A DNA stretch of 63,885 nt from Gracilinanus agilis (taxonomy: Eukaryota), in contig NC_058131.1 of the NCBI RefSeq assembly GCF_016433145.1, forward strand, positions 696,779,087 through 696,842,971, read 5' to 3'. This document shows positions 61,164-63,885 of the stretch, piece by piece. Position 1 is the stretch's first letter. The number at the start of each line of letters is the position of its first letter. The notes below the pieces were generated by a model. It had not been told where the DNA came from and did not search any database. It was given only the letters and a program-made list of their open reading frames with translations. The translations under genes were made by a program, and so were the position numbers.

Positions 61164-63885
61164 AATCAAGAGACATTTTTTAAACACTTAGCATAGGCTA
61201 TCCCTCTATATACTGGAGAAACAAAGAAAGTTAAAACAATAGACAATGCAAAAAAGAGAGAAAGGATGATAAAATCCTGAGAAACTTAGATGATCCAGGA
61301 AGGTAGAAATAGTGTTTGAAATACCTCTTTAGTCTGCATTGCATAGAAGTCAGTTCAGAAATTACTGTTAAACAAATGACTAAGTGACTGTTAACAGAGT
61401 TTTTCAAAATAGGATGGAATGTTATTTCAAAGGGATGAAATGGACTGATTCTGTGTTGCTCCAAGAGCACAGCCAGGGCCAGTGGAGAAATTATAAGGAG
61501 TCAGACTTCAGCTCAAATATAAATTATCATTGGAAGAGCCCTGGGTTTGGAGCCAGAGAGCCTGCGTCTAAAGACCAGCTCTGCTGTTAATGACCTCTAT
61601 GACACTGAACAGGCTGTATCTCCTCTCCGTGTTACTTTTCTCTTCTAAAACAAAGGACTAGTCTAGATTTCTTCATCTCTTCAAGATCATAGGATTTGTT
61701 TCCCATCTTATCTTTGAAAACTCAGCCTGTTATAAAACCTACATCTTAGGCCAGAACACTTTCTACATAGCCATTATATATTTTAGATAAAATTCTTTTA
61801 CAGAAAAATTCTTTTAAAGGAGAACTTTAGGGTTTTTTTAAATTAAAAAGTGGATTCCTGGCCGTTCTAACACAACTTAGAAGTGTAAATATGTATACAT
61901 GTACATATGAATGTATATGCTTCTATTGAAACTCCGTAAATATACATTTTAAAAATACGAGGTCCCACTAAAATAGGATTTTATGAAGTCTATAAGCTCT
62001 TACTTCCTAAAGCATAGGGAGATATGCATTATTTCTGAACTCATTGGCATGCGCAAGGAGAGAGAAGCATAAAATCAGGCCCATGAAGGAAGGTTCTGGG
62101 TTCCTAATAAGCACTACCACCCTGGGCATTCCCCTCATCCCTTTGTCTGTAAAAGTTGTGAGTGCTCTTGGAGACAAGAGGCTCCTCTCAGTCAATAACC
62201 CCATGTTCTGTGAAACCCTGTTGTACAAACACCAGGGCCTTGGTGATCAAACAGGCATCTTTTAGCAAGAGTCGCCAGTTGGTGTGTCTTGCCTGAAGGA
62301 TGCCACATGAGCTGAAAGCATTTGCTAAACAGACATAATAAACTAATGATTGTTTATATTTTTGAATACATAGCTCAGCACAGAGAGAGCAACAGCTGGT
62401 GTTTGTCAAATTAGGTTTTCTTCCTCACAGAAAGATTCTCACCAGTCATTCTCTTGTTTATTTAACATACTATGCCATCTTTGAACTTGAAAATTCTCCC
62501 CTTATAAAGATTCATTCTCAAAGACATATACAGAAGGCTCAAACTTGAATCCTGCCCTGTAGGCTGAGGGCAAGAATTCAGTATTGAATACTGTCTTTTT
62601 CTTTGGGAAAAAAGTGATGCTTTAAATTCCCACTTTAATTTTTGATGAAAACTTGCCTGACAGGGGCCTCTGAGCTCTCCATGAAGGAGAATGACACTTT
62701 TGAGTGTGGTGTAATAAAGAGAACAAGACACTGAGAATCAGGAGCCCTGCAGGCTGCTCTGAGTTCTGCCACTGTTAAAACCATTGTCCCTTGGAGAGGG
62801 TTATTTCACATAAACAGGCTTCGATTTCTCATCCTGGAAAGTAAAGAGGCAGAAATTAGATACTCCCAAACTGATGCTCTGCTGAGAATTAGAGATCTAT
62901 AAGCAAGGTCATGCTTATTGAAAACAAGTTAGGAGACACAGCACAATCACCATGATGTGTGAGTCAAAATCTGAATGGGAAGACAGCAATATTGAGTGAT
63001 GTAATGTCTGTTCTTTCCCTTGGCACTACAAGCACCCCTCCCTTGTAGCATAGATTTTAAGACTGATTTGATCAAATGGATATCAATGGATCTTTGGCCA
63101 ATTGAGATCCAGGAGGGTCTGTTAAGTGTGACATCCCTGAGTTTCCTTGGGCTTTCTGCCTCCTCTTTCATGTCCTGCCCATCCTCCTATCCTTGCTAAG
63201 GACAATTTTCACTTATAACCAAATAGTTAATTAATGTTTTCTTTGATACCACGAGAGAAAATCCTTCAGGAAATAGAGCTGCACTTTGCTCTGCTGTATT
63301 TGGACTCATTCTAAACTCATTCATTTATGAGTTGGGCTAAGTATCTTCTCTTTCCTATGTTGAGAAAATTATTGTGTATAAATTGTTTTGCCTTGACATT
63401 TATTGAGCATTTGCCATATTGCTAAGTTAGAACTACTTTCAAGTCCATGAGTGTTCAAAGATTTGGATGGTATGTTCTCTCAAAGTAGTTAATATTAATA
63501 GAATGACAGAGGACATCTTAGATAGAAGAGACTTTACATACAATCTACCCTGATCTCCTCCTTTTTCAAAGAAACTAAGCCCCAGGGAGAAAAAGACTTT
63601 CTTGAGATTACATATCAAATGATTGAGATAAAATCAATATGCAGCACAATGATAATGGTATAGGCATTGGGAATTTTTTCTTCAAGAGAAATTGCAGAAT
63701 CATTCTATGGAATTTTGTAGAGAGAATCCAAGCTTTAAATAAAAAGTGAGGCTATGTGATCTCTACATAGCCTCCTATTTCAAAATTCTCCAGATTTTGT
63801 TTAATCAAGAGTAAAATCATATTTTATAACCTAGACATGGTATTATTGGGACCATCTGGATGACTCAAATGAGCCCAGAATGCTA

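Noticed and set aside
60441-61196. Long ORFs of 215-248 aa in the track
   Set aside because: Artefacts of translating through the 567-N gap; the same applies near 38731 and 50284.
31320-63885. TCERG1L exon 4 and later exons (recalled human GCHNSLKVTSSPAIAIATAAAAAMVSVDPEN...)
   Set aside because: No matching sequence or ORF was found. They are probably beyond the window, since intron 3 is long in human; I cannot exclude the three N gaps. A TBLASTN would settle it.
1-63885. CRISPR arrays, tRNA/rRNA/snoRNA/miRNA genes, NUMTs, endogenous viral coding sequence, processed pseudogenes
   Set aside because: None recognised by eye. This is mammalian DNA, and the tRNA-like A/B boxes all belong to SINE heads. 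Infernal/Rfam and TBLASTN against viral proteins would be the decisive tests.

Overview
This is marsupial genomic DNA, most likely the gray short-tailed opossum Monodelphis domestica. The assignment is an inference from opossum-type SINE1, Mar1 SINEs, marsupial L1 3' ends and very low background CpG. The only gene I can support is the 5' end of TCERG1L (transcription elongation regulator 1-like) on the + strand. It has a ~2 kb CpG-island promoter (~25660-27680) and coding exons 1-3 (26729-27061, 29542-29688, 31139-31319), all with GT-AG junctions and one continuous reading frame of 220 codons + 1 nt that includes the first WW domain. Exon 4 was not found, so 31320-63885 is treated as intron 3; 1-25600 is upstream intergenic DNA. 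The rest is transposon relics (L1, L2, CR1/L3, MIR, Mar1, SINE1, three solo LTRs with 4-bp TSDs, five hAT MITEs with 8-bp TSDs), microsatellites and three N gaps. Almost all ORFs in the supplied track are spurious. I found no convincing new multi-gene biological system. The best leads are regulatory and structural: a split, non-canonical REST/NRSF RE1 site with perfect half-sites in intron 1; an AUG-UAG start-stop element 1 nt before the start codon; a near-perfect CTCF motif inside a hAT MITE; and two compound inverted duplications of the same architecture that look like template-switch products. Repeat family names and human comparisons are from memory, not database searches.
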